From Octopus vulgaris (taxonomy: Eukaryota): DNA of 64,000 nt. This document shows positions 1 to 11,324 of this stretch, one piece after another. The DNA lies in the NCBI GenBank assembly GCA_951406725.2, contig OX597834.1, positions 37,262,001 to 37,326,000 on the forward strand, in the 5' to 3' direction. The translations under genes were made by a program, and so were the position numbers. Within the stretch, counting starts at the first letter, position 1, and each line of letters opens with the position of its first letter. The notes under the pieces are model-generated. The model was not told the DNA's origin and did not search any database. It worked only from the letters and a program-made list of their open reading frames with translations.

Positions 1-140
1 TCACCACCATCACAGCTGCCCCCGCCACCACCACCATCACCACATCCACTTCTGCCACCAGCACCATCACCATCACCACTACCATCATTACCAGCACTCC
101 CTCTGCAAGCCCCCCAAAAGAGTCAAGTAGATCAACCTAC

Positions 141-241
141 CTCCAGTACAACAAAGAACTGCACCTGGTACATCACGAGGAGACCAGAAATGATCTCCCC
201 TTCTTTTTCTCTTAAATATAGAATGTCTTCTTGCAGCTGAC
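141..241 (-). CDS. TEX47: TEX47/DYBLUP-like protein, coding exon 3 (SQLQEDILYLREKEGEIISGLLVMYQVQFFVVLE); gene continues beyond the left edge
   Basis: TTCTTAACAG acceptor, GAG|GTAGGT donor, 101 nt (phase 1 to 0), compatible with exon 2; GEIISGLLVMY..FFVVLE matches TEX47 GEAVTGLLLIY..ILHILE and the BLUF ITG.L.Y...F.Q.LEG motif as recalled. Confidence 0.75.
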
Positions 242-280
242 CTGTTAAGAAATATGGAATCACATCAATATATATGTGCT

Positions 281-684
281 CTCTCTTTACTCTTTTACTT
301 GTTTCAGTCATTTGACTGCGGCTATGCTGGAGCACCGCCTTTTAGTCGAGCAAATCGACCCCGGGACTTATTCTTTGTAAGCCCAGTACTTATTCTATCG
401 GTCTCTTTTGCCGAACAGCTAAGTGACGGGGATGTAAACACACCAGCATCGGTTGTCAAGTAATGCTAGGGGGACAAACACAGACACACAAACACACACT
501 TATATATATATATATACATATATACGACAGGCTTCTTTCAGTTTCCGTCTACCAAATCTACTCACAAGGCATTGGTCGGCCCGGGTCTATAGCAGAAGAC
601 ACTTGCTCAAGAAGCCACGCAGCGGGACTGAACCCGGAACCATGTGGTTGGTTAGCAAGCTACTTACCACACAGCCACTCCTGC
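281..684 (-). mobile_element. SINE family A (tRNA-like head, internal TA/TG microsatellite, (AGTAAAAG)n tail), full-length copy
   Basis: Near-identical to many copies in the window; A-box-like TGGCTGTGTGG and B-box-like GGTTCAGTCCC. Confidence 0.85.
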
Positions 685-1046
685 GTGTATATATGTGCAG
701 CCATACTGGAGCACTGCCTATAGTCAAACAAATCGACCCAGGGACTTATTCTTTGTAAGCCTAGTACTTATTCTCTCGGTCTCTTTTGCTCAACCGTTCA
801 GTTTCAGGGACATAAACACACCAACATCGGTTGTCAAGCGAATGTGGCAGCTGGGGACAATCACATATACAATGATACACACATATTCATATATATTTAC
901 AAATACGACAGGCTTCTTTCAGTTTCCATGTAGTAAATATACTCACAAGGCTTTGGTCGGCCCGAGGCTATAGTAGAAGACAGCTTGCCAGCTCCTGTTA
1001 AACCATCCAACCCATGCCAGCATGGACAACAGTCATTGCATGAAGA

Positions 1047-1080
<34 letters not shown>

Positions 1081-1082
1081 CA

Positions 1083-1312
1083 AGGCGGCGAGTTGGCAGA
1101 AACGTTAGCAAGCCGGGCGAAATGCGTTGCCGTATTTCGTCTGCCCTTACATTCCGAGTTCAAATTCCGCCAAGGTCGACTTTGCCTTTCATCCTTCCGG
1201 GGTTGATAAATTAAGTACCAGTTACGCACTGGGGTCGATGTAATCGACTTAATCCGTTTGTCTGTCCTTATTTGTCTCCTCTGTGTTTAGCCCCTTGTGG
1301 GTAGTAAAGAAA
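1083..1312 (+). mobile_element. SINE family B (tRNA-like head; Meta-domain-like GCCTTTCATCCTTTCGGGGTCGATAAA core)
   Basis: B box GAGTTCAAATTCC; other copies at about 51110-51340(+), 51865-52066(-), 52146-52376(+), 58990-59220(+), with older copies at 6040-6215 and 46830-47280. Confidence 0.8.
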
Positions 1313-1325
1313 TATATATATATTT

Positions 1326-1378
<53 letters not shown>

Positions 1379-1379
<1 letters not shown>

Positions 1380-1769
1380 TGGCAGTATTGCCCAGCATTG
1401 CTTGTTTTCGTTTCGATCCTTTAGAATTGGAATTTTTGAAAAGTAAAAGTTTTGCATTATGTAGCCTGTTATTCTCTTTAAGGCAACATTTTTCTGGTTG
1501 AAATACACTGAAAAATGGCGATACAGCAGTCAAAAAATCGTAAAAAATAGGGATTTTCGTTGAAAAAAAATCACTTTTTTGATGTAAATAATTTTTGGTG
1601 TTAACATGGTCCGATTTGAATTTTTTCTCCTACGGAAGGAATAGTAAACCTTCTTCTATCATACTCTCAATTTTGGTCAACTTGCGCCGAAGGGTCTCGG
1701 AGGAGATAATATTAGTTGAAGGCTACCAAACCTGCCATACACAGACAACTTCAGCTTTATATAAATAGA
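1379..1769 (-). mobile_element. Non-autonomous Helitron
   Basis: On minus: A|TCTATTTATATAAAG start; ends GCAATGCTGGGCAATACTGCCAG|T (mutated CTAG), similar to the 3' ends at 25830 and 26231. Confidence 0.65.
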
Positions 1770-2106
1770 TATATACATATATATCACATTGTAGCAAAAG
1801 TTCTGTCCATTTTGAAGGCTTTAGGGGTCAACAAACTAATAGAACCCTATCTGATTTATTTAATTGTTAATATAGTCACCAACGTTCTCCAAGTCCCCTT
1901 TCCATCTGTCAATGAGATTTTTAATGCCACAGTCAATATTCACAACTCCTCAACATGCTCTTGAGATAGGCTGCATGCTTTTGGCCAGCATGTCTGAGGA
2001 GTTTTCAATTAAGTGCAATAGTTGGCATGCAGCTGTCATTTACATCCCGATCAGTTGTATGCCATAGCCAGGAATATACTAATATACTGTTCGAGAATAT
2101 AAATAA

Positions 2107-2172
<66 letters not shown>

Positions 2173-2780
2173 GTGCGTGTGTGTGTATTACACGTACACA
2201 TACTTGTCTTTGATATCACTTCTGACCTTATGAAATCTCATGATCTAATTCAACATATTGGTAAAAATGTCTGTGTAATCAATAAATCAATAAAGACAAA
2301 ATTCCAAAATTCCATGACTGTAGAAGGTACAAGATATTGAACACAGCGAATTTCTAGTCTCAATAATCCCTGGATTAATCGATGAGATTAAATAATTCAA
2401 ACTTCACTTCCCTGTAATTTCTGCACCCACCCGCTTCTTATTCTTTTACTCTTTTATTTGTTTCAGCCATTTGACTGTGGCCATGCTGGAGCACTGCCTT
2501 TGGTCGAACGAATCGATCCCAGGACTTTTTCTTTGCAAGCCTAGTACTTATTTTTTATTGGTCCCTTTTCCTGAACCACTAAGTTACCAGGATGTAAACA
2601 CACTGGCATCAGTTGTCAATTGATGGTGGAGGGACAAACACAGACACACACAGAAATATACATACATACATACATATTTCAAAGACAGAAATTGAAAGAA
2701 GCCCATCGTATATAAATTGTGGGCATTAAGGGGTGGGATTAGGTTGAGAATATAGTTTGTGAAAGGGTGCAATATGATAT

Positions 2781-2960
2781 TTAACTCTTTCGTTACCAAT
2801 CCGGCTGAAACCGGCTCTGGCTCTGAGTACAAATGTCTTGTTTTCATAAGTTCTGAATTAAAATATTCCACCAAACCTTAGTCACAATTTATGTTCCTAA
2901 CACTAGCTGAATGATAAGCAAGTTATTTTACTAAATTCTTTGTTATATTTAAAGTAATTG
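2781..2960 (+). mobile_element. TTAA-targeting DNA transposon MITE fragment, truncated by a SINE
   Basis: Begins TTAA-CTCTTTCGTTACC; related AT-rich body inverted at about 15150-15385. Confidence 0.4.
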
Positions 2961-3351
2961 AGTGGCTGTGTGGTAAGTAGCTTGCTTACCAACCACATGG
3001 TTCCAGGTTCAGTCCCACTGCATGGCATCTTGGGCAAGTGTCTTCTACTATAGCCCCGGGCCGACCAATGCCTTGTGAGTGGATTTGGTAGACGGAAACT
3101 GAAAGAAGCCCGTTGTATATATATGTGTGTGTGCGTGTGTGTTTGTGTGTCTGTGTTTGTCCCCCTAGCATTGCTTGACAACCGATGCTGGTGTGTTTAT
3201 GTCCCCGTCACTTAGCGGTTAGGCAAAAGAGACCGATAGAATAAGTACTGGGCTTACAAAGAATAAGTCCCGGGGTCGATTTGCTCGACTAAAAGGCGGT
3301 GCTCCAGCATGGCCGCAGTCAAATGACTGAAACAAGTAAAAGAGTAAAGAG
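2960..3351 (+). mobile_element. SINE family A copy
   Basis: Same consensus. Other copies: about 5150-5540(+), 6218-6637(-), 10423-10840(+), 12200-12640(+), 15420-15805(-), 19263-19657(-), 20357-20600(-, internally deleted), 26338-26789(-), 36148-36745(+), 46180-46543(-), 58420-58800(-). Confidence 0.85.
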
Positions 3352-3366
3352 TATATATATATATAT

Positions 3367-3397
<31 letters not shown>

Positions 3398-3430
3398 TAC
3401 TTATGCATACACACATCGGCATGGACACAC

Positions 3431-4110
3431 ATCATCATCATCATCATCATCATTTAACGTCCGCTTTCCATGCTAGCATGGGTTGGACGGTTCAACTGGG
3501 GTCTGGGGAGCCCGAAAGCTGCACCAGTCCAGTCAGATCTGGCAGTGTTTCTACAGCTGGATGCCCTTCCTAACGCCAACCACTCCGAGAGTGTAGTGGG
3601 TGATTTTATGTGCCACCGACACAGGTGCCAGACGAGGCTGGCAAACGGCCACCCTCGGATGGTGTTTTTTATGTGCCACCGACACAGGTGCCAGACGAGG
3701 CTGGCAGACGGCCACGCTCGGATGGTGTTTCTATGTGCCACCGACACAGGTGCCAGATGAGGCTGGCAAACGGCCACGATCGGATGGTGTTTGTTACGTG
3801 CCCACAGCACGGAGGCCAGAAGATTAGGTAAAGGCTACGGCCACGTTCGGATGGTTTTCTTGTGTGCCACGTGCCACCGGCACTGGTACCACAAAGATAC
3901 AATTTCCATTGATGTTCATCTATTTTGATTTGTTTTGATTTTCACTTGCCTCAACAGGTCTTCGGTCTTCACAAGTGTCACAAGAAGGAAGGTATGCACA
4001 GGTGGACTGACTACGTCCCAGGTAGGGGCCACAGGTTATGGCCTGACTAGTCTTGCCGGGTCTTCGGATGGTGTTTTTATGTGCCACCGACACAGGTGCC
4101 AGATGAGGCT
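3431..4110 (-). mobile_element. Retroposon family C with (GAT)n tail and internal ~60-bp tandem repeats
   Basis: On minus: GTTGGCGTTAGGAAGGGCATCCAGCTGTAGAAAC...CCATGCTAGCATGGAAAGCGGACGTTAAATGATGATG; related copies at about 13370-13530, 21290-21540, 34425-34700, 54280-54535, 55460-55680, 63623-64000. Confidence 0.75.
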
Positions 4111-4359
4111 ATAAATACAACATGGGACAAGAACGCAAAACACTTAAATAGACGACACAAAAAACGGGCGGGTCATTCAAAGCCTCTAATCTTCAGTCAA
4201 GAACCGGATCATCCTCGCAATTTTGATATACACACGTGCAAATATATGTATACATGTATGTGTGTGTGCATGTGTATACACACATTCACACATTCTATGT
4301 ATATCTCACTGCCTTCACACACATCTATTCACAGCCAGAAACAAACTTCAAGGACTTAC

Positions 4360-4432
4360 TGAGAACTACTGATGGTTCTTCTGACCTGTTCTTTATGTTC
4401 CCAATGTAGATCAAACGGTGAACAAGGCTGGC
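4360..4432 (-). CDS. TEX47: TEX47/DYBLUP-like protein, coding exon 2 (ASLVHRLIYIGNIKNRSEEPSVVL)
   Basis: Pyrimidine tract plus TTGCAG acceptor, GTAAGT donor, 73 nt (phase 0 to 1); LVHRLIYIG resembles the first BLUF strand (RLIY.S) and TEX47 LLDRMFLVA as recalled. Confidence 0.72.
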
Positions 4433-4794
4433 CTGCAACAGAGACAAAGGAAACGTGAAACCTTCACCAGCAATGTGCAATGAGGAAATTAGGGGATGAA
4501 ACAGAGGGGCTGGACTGCAACAGGGTAAGGGTGACAAGAAGTCACTATATTTTTGTTCCAGATTTTCCCTGATTCAGCCATCCATATCCTTGATAAGAAA
4601 TACTAATAAAGGCACATATGTGGCTGTGTGGCAAGCAGTTTGCTTCCCAACCACATGGTTCTGGGTTCAGTCCCAGAAACCATGGTTCTGGGAAAATGTC
4701 TTCTGCCATAGTCTCAGGCTGAACCAAAGACCTGTGTGTAGAATTGGTAGATGGAAACTAGAAGCCCAAGGTGTATGTATATATATATATATAT

Positions 4795-4825
<31 letters not shown>

Positions 4826-4917
4826 TTAGGGAATATTATTTCAAACTTACAGGGAAAAATTCAATTTAGAAATACTAAATCAAATTTCACAAAATATAAT
4901 ATATATATATATATATG

Positions 4918-5133
4918 AATTAGAAAAAAAACACCTTTTATCAATTCAACAATGAAAAAATCAAATTATACCATATAGAAAGAAATTACATCCTACAGAA
5001 AATATTAAATATAAGAATGATTAACTAATATGCAAAATAATAAATAAAACGAATATATGTAATTTTTTTTCTATATGGTATAATTTAATTTTTTCATTGT
5101 TGAATTGATAAAAGGTGTTTTTTTTTTCTAATT
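4918..5133. repeat. Foldback: ~75-bp inverted arms around a ~65-bp spacer, flanked by (TA)n
   Basis: AATTAGAAAAAAAACACCTTTTATCAATTCAACAATGAAAAAA... mirrored at 5057-5133. Confidence 0.85.
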
Positions 5134-5771
5134 TATATATATATATATAGGCACAGGAGTGGCTGTGTGGTAAGTAGCTTGCTAACCAACCACATGGTTC
5201 CAGGTTCAGTCCCACTGCATGGCATCTTGTCTTCTGCTATAGCCCCGGGCCGACCAATGCCTTGTGAGTGGATTTGGTAGACGGAAACTGAAAGAAGCCT
5301 GTCGTCTATATGTATATATATATGTATGTGTGTGTATATGTTTGTGTGTCTGTGTTTGTCCCCCTAGCATTGCTTGACAACCGATGCTGGTGTGTTTACG
5401 TCCCCGTCACTTAGCGGTTCGGCAAAAGAGACCGATAGAATAAGTACTGGGCTTACAAAGAATAAGTCCCGGGGTCGATTTGCTCGACTAAAGGCGGTGC
5501 TCCTGCATGGCCGCAGTCAAATGACTGAAACAAGTAAAAAAAGAAATATATATATATAAATTAGAAAAAAAATAAGTAAGAAGGATGTCCAGGTATCAGC
5601 GCATTGTGGCCATTTAAAGCGGCTCCCTTTAATTGATCAATGCAAACATTACATCAATTTGAAATAAACCGCTCTCCTCACGTGCATACAACCACATAGA
5701 TTTCTAGCATACAGGATACTCCATTATCCTCTAAGTTGGAAATCTATATGATCGCATGTGTCCAAGGAGAG

Positions 5772-5831
<60 letters not shown>

Positions 5832-6425
5832 ATTATTTTACTTGTTTCTGTCATTTGACTGTGGCCATGCTGGAGCACCACCTTTAGTCAATCAAATCAA
5901 CTGCAGAATTTATTCTTTTTCAACCCCGGAGCCTAGTACTTATTCTGTTGCACATCTTTGCTGAACCGCTAAGTTACAGAGATGTAAAAAAAAACCCCCG
6001 AAACAGAATAATAACAATAATTATAATAATAGTTTCGAATGTTGACACAAGGCCAGCAATTTCAAGGAAAGGGGAATAGTTGATTACATCAACCCTCCGT
6101 ATACAACTGGTACTTAATTTATCGACCCCGAAAGGAAGAAAGGTAAAGTCGATCTTGGCAGAATTTGAACTCAGAACGTAAAGTTGGATGAAATGTTGTT
6201 CATGATTTTGCCTGACATACTCTTTTACTTGTTTCAATCATTTGACTGCGGCCATGCTGGAGCACCGCCTTTAGTCGAGCAAATTGACCCCGGGACTTAT
6301 TCTTTGTAAGCCCAGTACTTATTCTATCGGTCTCTTTTGCCGAACTGCTAAGTGACGGGGACATAAACACACCAACATCGGTTGTCAAGCAATGCTAGGG
6401 GACAAACACAGACACACAAACATAT

Positions 6426-6474
<49 letters not shown>

Positions 6475-6987
6475 TACGACGGGCTTCTTTCAGTTTACGT
6501 CTACCAAATCCACTCACAAGGCATTGGTCGACCCGGGGCTATAGCAGAAGACACTTGTCCAAGATGCCACGCGGTGGGACTGAACCCGGAACCATGTGGT
6601 TGGTTAGCAAGCTACTTACCACACAGCCACTCCTGCACCATGACATGTTCATGATTCTGCAAGCTGGCCATCTTGAGAATTAATAATAAAATGTGTATGC
6701 ACAGGCATGGCTGAGTCGTTAGGGAGGTCCCTCTACAACAATGTGGTTTCCGGTTCAATCCTACTGCACAGCACCTGACTGACCGAAGCCTTCTGAGTGG
6801 ATTTCGTGGAGAGAAACTGTGTAGAACCACATCCTATGAGTGTAAATATATGTCTGTGTGTCACCTTTGAGTCTGTATTTGTTCCCAATCAACCACTACT
6901 GCTTGACAACCAGTATAGGTTTGTTTCTGTCCCCGATAAGTCAGCAGTTCAGCAAAAGAGACTGAGTACCAGACTTATAAAAATAAG

Positions 6988-7408
6988 GGATCTTTTCGGT
7001 TCGAACGGCATTTTTTTCTTGCGGTGTCATATGAAATTGTCACCCATAATTATGACTCTAGTATCAATCTATTGCATTTCAATCTGTTTTAGGGTTAGTT
7101 AGGGTTAGGGGTGGGGGGAAGGGTATCTTTTTTTCTTCACAAATGCAAATAAACCCAATTTGTTTCTTAAACGAGGGACATATTCATACGGCACAGAATG
7201 TTTTCACCTCAATAGACGTCATTGATTGGTTGAAATTGCAAAAATTGCAGAAGAAAAACAACAAATATCTTACAAACTATAGAATTTTCTCAATAAAGCC
7301 AAGAGAAAAAGATGTTTTATAAAGACATTCTACCAGTATACGAAGTTTAAAAGTGTTTAGTTATGTGGAAATTATTTTAAAAAACTGCCGGTCAAACCGA
7401 AAAGATCC
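6988..7408 (+). mobile_element. MITE with ~28-bp TIRs and internal TTAGGG-like repeats, nested in an old family A SINE
   Basis: GGATCTTTTCGGTT...AACCGAAAAGATCC; flanks aaaataag/gaaataag (7/8 TSD). Confidence 0.8.
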
Positions 7409-8019
7409 GAAATAAGTCCTGGGGACGCTTTGTTAGACTAAAACCCTTCAAGGTGCTGCCCCAGCATGGCCGCAGTCCAATGACTGAAACAAGTAAATGA
7501 TAACGAAGAATGAGAGAAAAATTCAGTCGTTTGTCCATTCATAAATGGAAATTATTCTTCACACTCAAATTTTCCTATTTCCACAGTTAAAATACTATTA
7601 TACCCCTATATAAATTATCTCAATAATACCATAACATTAATCCTTTCTAGTATAAGAACAAGATTTGAAATTCTGAGGGATGAGGCTTGTTCAACGATCC
7701 CAGTACTTGAATGGTATTTATTTCATAGGCCCTGAACGGATTAAAAGCAAAGTCGACCTCGGCGGAGTTTGAACTCAGAACGTAAAGCCGGACCAGCGTG
7801 CTAACGGTTCCTTTCGTGTCGTAGGCACAAGGCCTAAAATTTTGGGAAATAGGGGCTACTCCGTTACATCGATCCTAGTGATCAACTGGTACCTATTTTA
7901 TAGACCCCGAAAGGATAAAAGAAAAAAAACACAAAAAAACAAATTCAACCACGGTAGCATTCGAACTCAGAACGTAGGTATCACAAATATATCAGTACCC
8001 AGCGTATGTTTATACTTAC

Positions 8020-8103
8020 ACCTTCTCCAAATCTACTTCTTTCAATATCGTATAAAGATCGCCTGCTTTCTAGATCAGAGATTTCCAACGATGACAGCGC
8101 CAT
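8020..8103 (-). CDS. TEX47: TEX47/DYBLUP-like BLUF-fold ciliary protein, coding exon 1 (MALSSLEISDLESRRSLYDIERSRFGEG)
   Basis: ATG at 8103, 28 open codons, strong GTAAGT donor at 8019 (phase 0); joins in frame to exon 4432-4360; X-box upstream. Confidence 0.65.
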
Positions 8104-8172
8104 TTCGATAGATTGTGTTGTTTACATGAATTTCACCAAGGAAAAAGAATGAGAGAAAGAGCTAAGTGCTAG

Positions 8173-8186
8173 GTAGCCATAGCAAC
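8173..8186. promoter_or_regulatory. RFX X-box (ciliary gene promoter element)
   Basis: GTAGCC-AT-AGCAAC fits GTNRCC(N0-3)RGYAAC exactly; 70 bp upstream of the TEX47-like ATG. Confidence 0.75.
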
Positions 8187-8499
8187 GATACACAACAGTC
8201 CCGCATCACACAATATATTTCTAGATACATCGCAGTTCTGTAACTCTGCAGAAAAGATCAGGCGATTGATGCACGACTTTTGGATAATTTTGCAATTAAT
8301 TCTTAGTGTAGAATAAATAAAACGAAAAACTATTTCTTTATTTCGTTGTTTAAGAAATAACGATGTTAGGAGTTGAGTATGTTATGAATTACAAGGCAGT
8401 GTTTGTATGAATTGCCTCTCTTTAATTTAGCAATTACTGACTGCGTTACTTGACACTAAGGCAACGGATTTTACGAAAACAATTTATTATTATTAACAA

Positions 8500-8868
8500 C
8501 AATAATAATAATAATTGTGTACAGTGCTCAGGTGCACTACAACTCATCTAAAGTGTATATATAATCAGGTGTAGTTTCGGCGGATTTCGGAAAGCATGAG
8601 GGCCTTAAAGGATGCAGTGTCATGGCAGTCAACAACTGACTCAGGCAGTTTATTCCATGCTTCAGCAACTCTGAGCGTGAAAAGATGTTTCCGAAAGTCA
8701 TGGGAGCTGTGTTGTTTTCTGACTTTGTAGGCATGTCCACGCGTGTTAGACACATGGAGATCAAAAAGGTGTTCAGTGTTGTTGTTAGTGAGGTGGTTGA
8801 TAACTTTGTGGGTGTTTACCAAGTCCGTCGCCAGACGCCGGAGCTTCAGTGAATCCATGCCCAGGGAA
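8500..8868 (-). mobile_element. CR1-group LINE 3' fragment
   Basis: SLGMDSLKLRRLATDL...NTRGHAYK...RKHLFTLRVAEAWNKLPESVV...SFK is the typical CR1/Jockey ORF2 C-terminus; (ATT)n tail. Confidence 0.85.
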
Positions 8869-9052
8869 ACAATAGCAGTGGTTCCCAACCATTCTTAGCT
8901 TACGGACCTCTTTCATTCCTATTTAACCCGACTGGATCCTCGTAACCTTAATCCTGTTGTATAGAGATTGTTTAAATGATAATAAAAAAAGTGTTAAAAT
9001 ATTTTGTTTGGGAAATTTTCAGAGCAACACCGGCACGATTTTCATTAAAACA

Positions 9053-9462
9053 GCATCTTTTCGGTTTGACCGGCAGTTTTTTAAAATAATTTCCACGTAA
9101 CTAAACACTTTTAAACTTCGTATACTGGTAGAATGTCTTTATAAAACATATTTTTCTCTTAGCTTTATTGAGAAAAGTCTATAGTTTGTAAAATATTTGT
9201 TTCTTTCAGTTTCTGCAATTTCAACTAATCAATGACGTCTATTGAGGTGAAAACATTCTGTGCCGTATGAATATGTCCCTCGTTTAAGAAACAGATTGGG
9301 TTTATTTACATTTGTGAAGAAAAAAAGATACCCTTCCCCCAACCCCCAACCCTAACCCTAAAACAGATTGAAGTGCAATTGATCGATACTAGGGTCATAA
9401 TTATGGGTGACAATTTCATATAACACTGCTAGAAAAAACTGCCGGTCAAACCGAAAAGATGC
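9053..9462 (-). mobile_element. Second copy of the same MITE, inverted
   Basis: GCATCTTTTCGGTTTGACCGGCAGTTTTTT...AAAAAACTGCCGGTCAAACCGAAAAGATGC; body is the reverse complement of 6988-7408. Confidence 0.8.
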
Positions 9463-9525
9463 TAGAATTTTTTTATTTCAAAAAGCAATCAGAAAAAAAA
9501 AAAAATGAAGTAATACTGTTCTCAC

Positions 9526-10309
9526 CTAGATTAGAAACCGTGACCTGAAGATCAATTCCACTTTACGTCGCTTTGCAATCAGGAAGTTCTACGCAGGGGA
9601 GATAATTCAATATATCATAATTCTTCGGACAACGAATTAAGTCGACGAAATTGTGTGGTGAGTTTTTTGCTCGGGATATTTTAATTGAAATCTTTTACAT
9701 TATTTTCGTCGATTAATTTATTTATGATATATTATATTTTTACAGATACCAGCTCCTTTTCTTTTTTTAAAGGTTAAAGATATAGATTTTATGCTACGGA
9801 AGTTATTCTGTGTAACTTCTTAAACGACGTAAATATAACTTGATTTCAGAATCCAATTAAATAACCATGTAATTAATTATTTTATTCGAATCATTCATTT
9901 GCTTTTGTACCAATTGATTTACTTATAATATATTATATTTTTTATGGACATTGAGTCTTTCTTTCGCGCTGGAATAAATATTTTATGCTCCGTAAATTCT
10001 TCGGCGTCACTCCTACACGTTTCGCTTAACTTAAATTACCAACATTCTTTCGAAGAATGCTTAATTACCAAATAATTAAAATTACATTTCGTTTTTGGAT
10101 TTGGTTTGCAATATTCTTTATATGAGTTCGTGTGTTGAAGCCTATTCTGTTGTGTCTGGGGAGAGTCATTTTCTTTTTGTGCCTTATAATACAACACACA
10201 CGCCGGTAAAAATTTCCACTTATTTCTTATTTTTATTGCGACTATTAAAAAGGTTGCAAGACGCAACGAAAATTTTGGGAAAATAATAAAATAAATGGAA
10301 AATTTACCG
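9526..10309. promoter_or_regulatory. Probable bidirectional promoter/first-exon region shared by the TEX47-like gene and PDRG1
   Basis: Largely repeat-free and visibly richer in CpG than its flanks; bounded by outward-facing donors (minus TAG|GTGAGA at 9526/9525, plus CCG|GTGAGT at 10309/10310). Confidence 0.5.
10295..10309 (+). CDS. PDRG1: Possible upstream coding mini-exon of PDRG1 (MENLP), extending the N-terminus by 16 aa
   Basis: ATG preceded by in-frame TAA, strong GTGAGT donor; splicing to the CTCCAG acceptor at 13696 reads LIYQSLHQQLT in frame into ATG 13730. Confidence 0.45.
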
Positions 10310-10475
10310 GTGAGTGTGTTACATTATAAGGCACAAACAGAAAATGACTCTCCCCAGACACAACAGATTTAAAATGGCAATGTTTTGAAACATTGCCTTA
10401 AAATTACAGAAAAGGAAAATACGACCAATGCCTTGTGAGTGGATTTGGTAGACGGAAACTGAAAGAAGCCTGTCG

Positions 10476-10631
<156 letters not shown>

Positions 10632-11123
10632 TGTGTATGTATGTTTGTGTTTGTCCTCCTAGCATTGTTTGACAACCGATGCTGGTGTGTTTACGTCACC
10701 GTATCTTAGCGGTTTGGCAAAAGCGGTCCGATAGAATAAGTACTGGGCTTACAAAAGAATAAGTCCCGGGGTCGATTCGCTCGACAAAAGGCAGTGCTCC
10801 AGCATGGCCGCAGTCAAATGACTGAAACAAGTAAAATAGTAAATGGTACTCGTGAACTATTTTGAAGTATTTGTGGAACACTTGTTTTGGCGGAGGTAAA
10901 GAATACGTACACAACCCGTTTGCGGCGTAACAAAACCCCTAAAATATTGTGTTAAAAACTTCATGTTTTGTTTAGCTTTTGGCGAAATTTAGTTTTAACA
11001 AAGTAACTTAAACAGTCCTTCCATTCGTTATGATGCACTTCTGTTTATATAAGAAAACAGGCCGCGGTTCGTAACGCAAACTCATACTCGTATCACTTTT
11101 AACCCATGGCCTATCATATATCG

Positions 11124-11324
11124 AAGTGCTTTTCAAACTTTTTGCTGGAGCGGAACCCCAAGAAAACATTTCACTGGCTCGAGGAACCCCTGTGCAATAA
11201 TTTAATTGTCCTATGCACACATATCTGCACAGGAGACTTAAAAATTACTGTCGATTTTAGCATTTTTGTAACTTCTTGCGGAACCCCTGGACTGTACTGG
11301 CGGAACCCTGGTTGAAAACCACTG
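11124..11324. mobile_element. hAT-type MITE
   Basis: TIRs .AGTGCTTTTCAA / TTGAAAACCACTG; 8-bp TSD atatatcg/atatatct. Confidence 0.7.

Noticed and set aside
453-758. Recurrent ORFs MSSNARGTNT.../MLGGQTQT.../...GTMWLVSKLLTTQPL
   Set aside because: Translations of SINE family A, repeated at every copy
3600-4110. ~60-bp repeats resembling a CRISPR array (also 17635-18060 and 63790-64000)
   Set aside because: Contiguous tandem units without unique spacers, eukaryotic context, no cas genes
7089-7112. TTAGGG repeats as an interstitial telomere
   Set aside because: Only 2-3 units, and an internal part of the MITE (also at 9345-9362)
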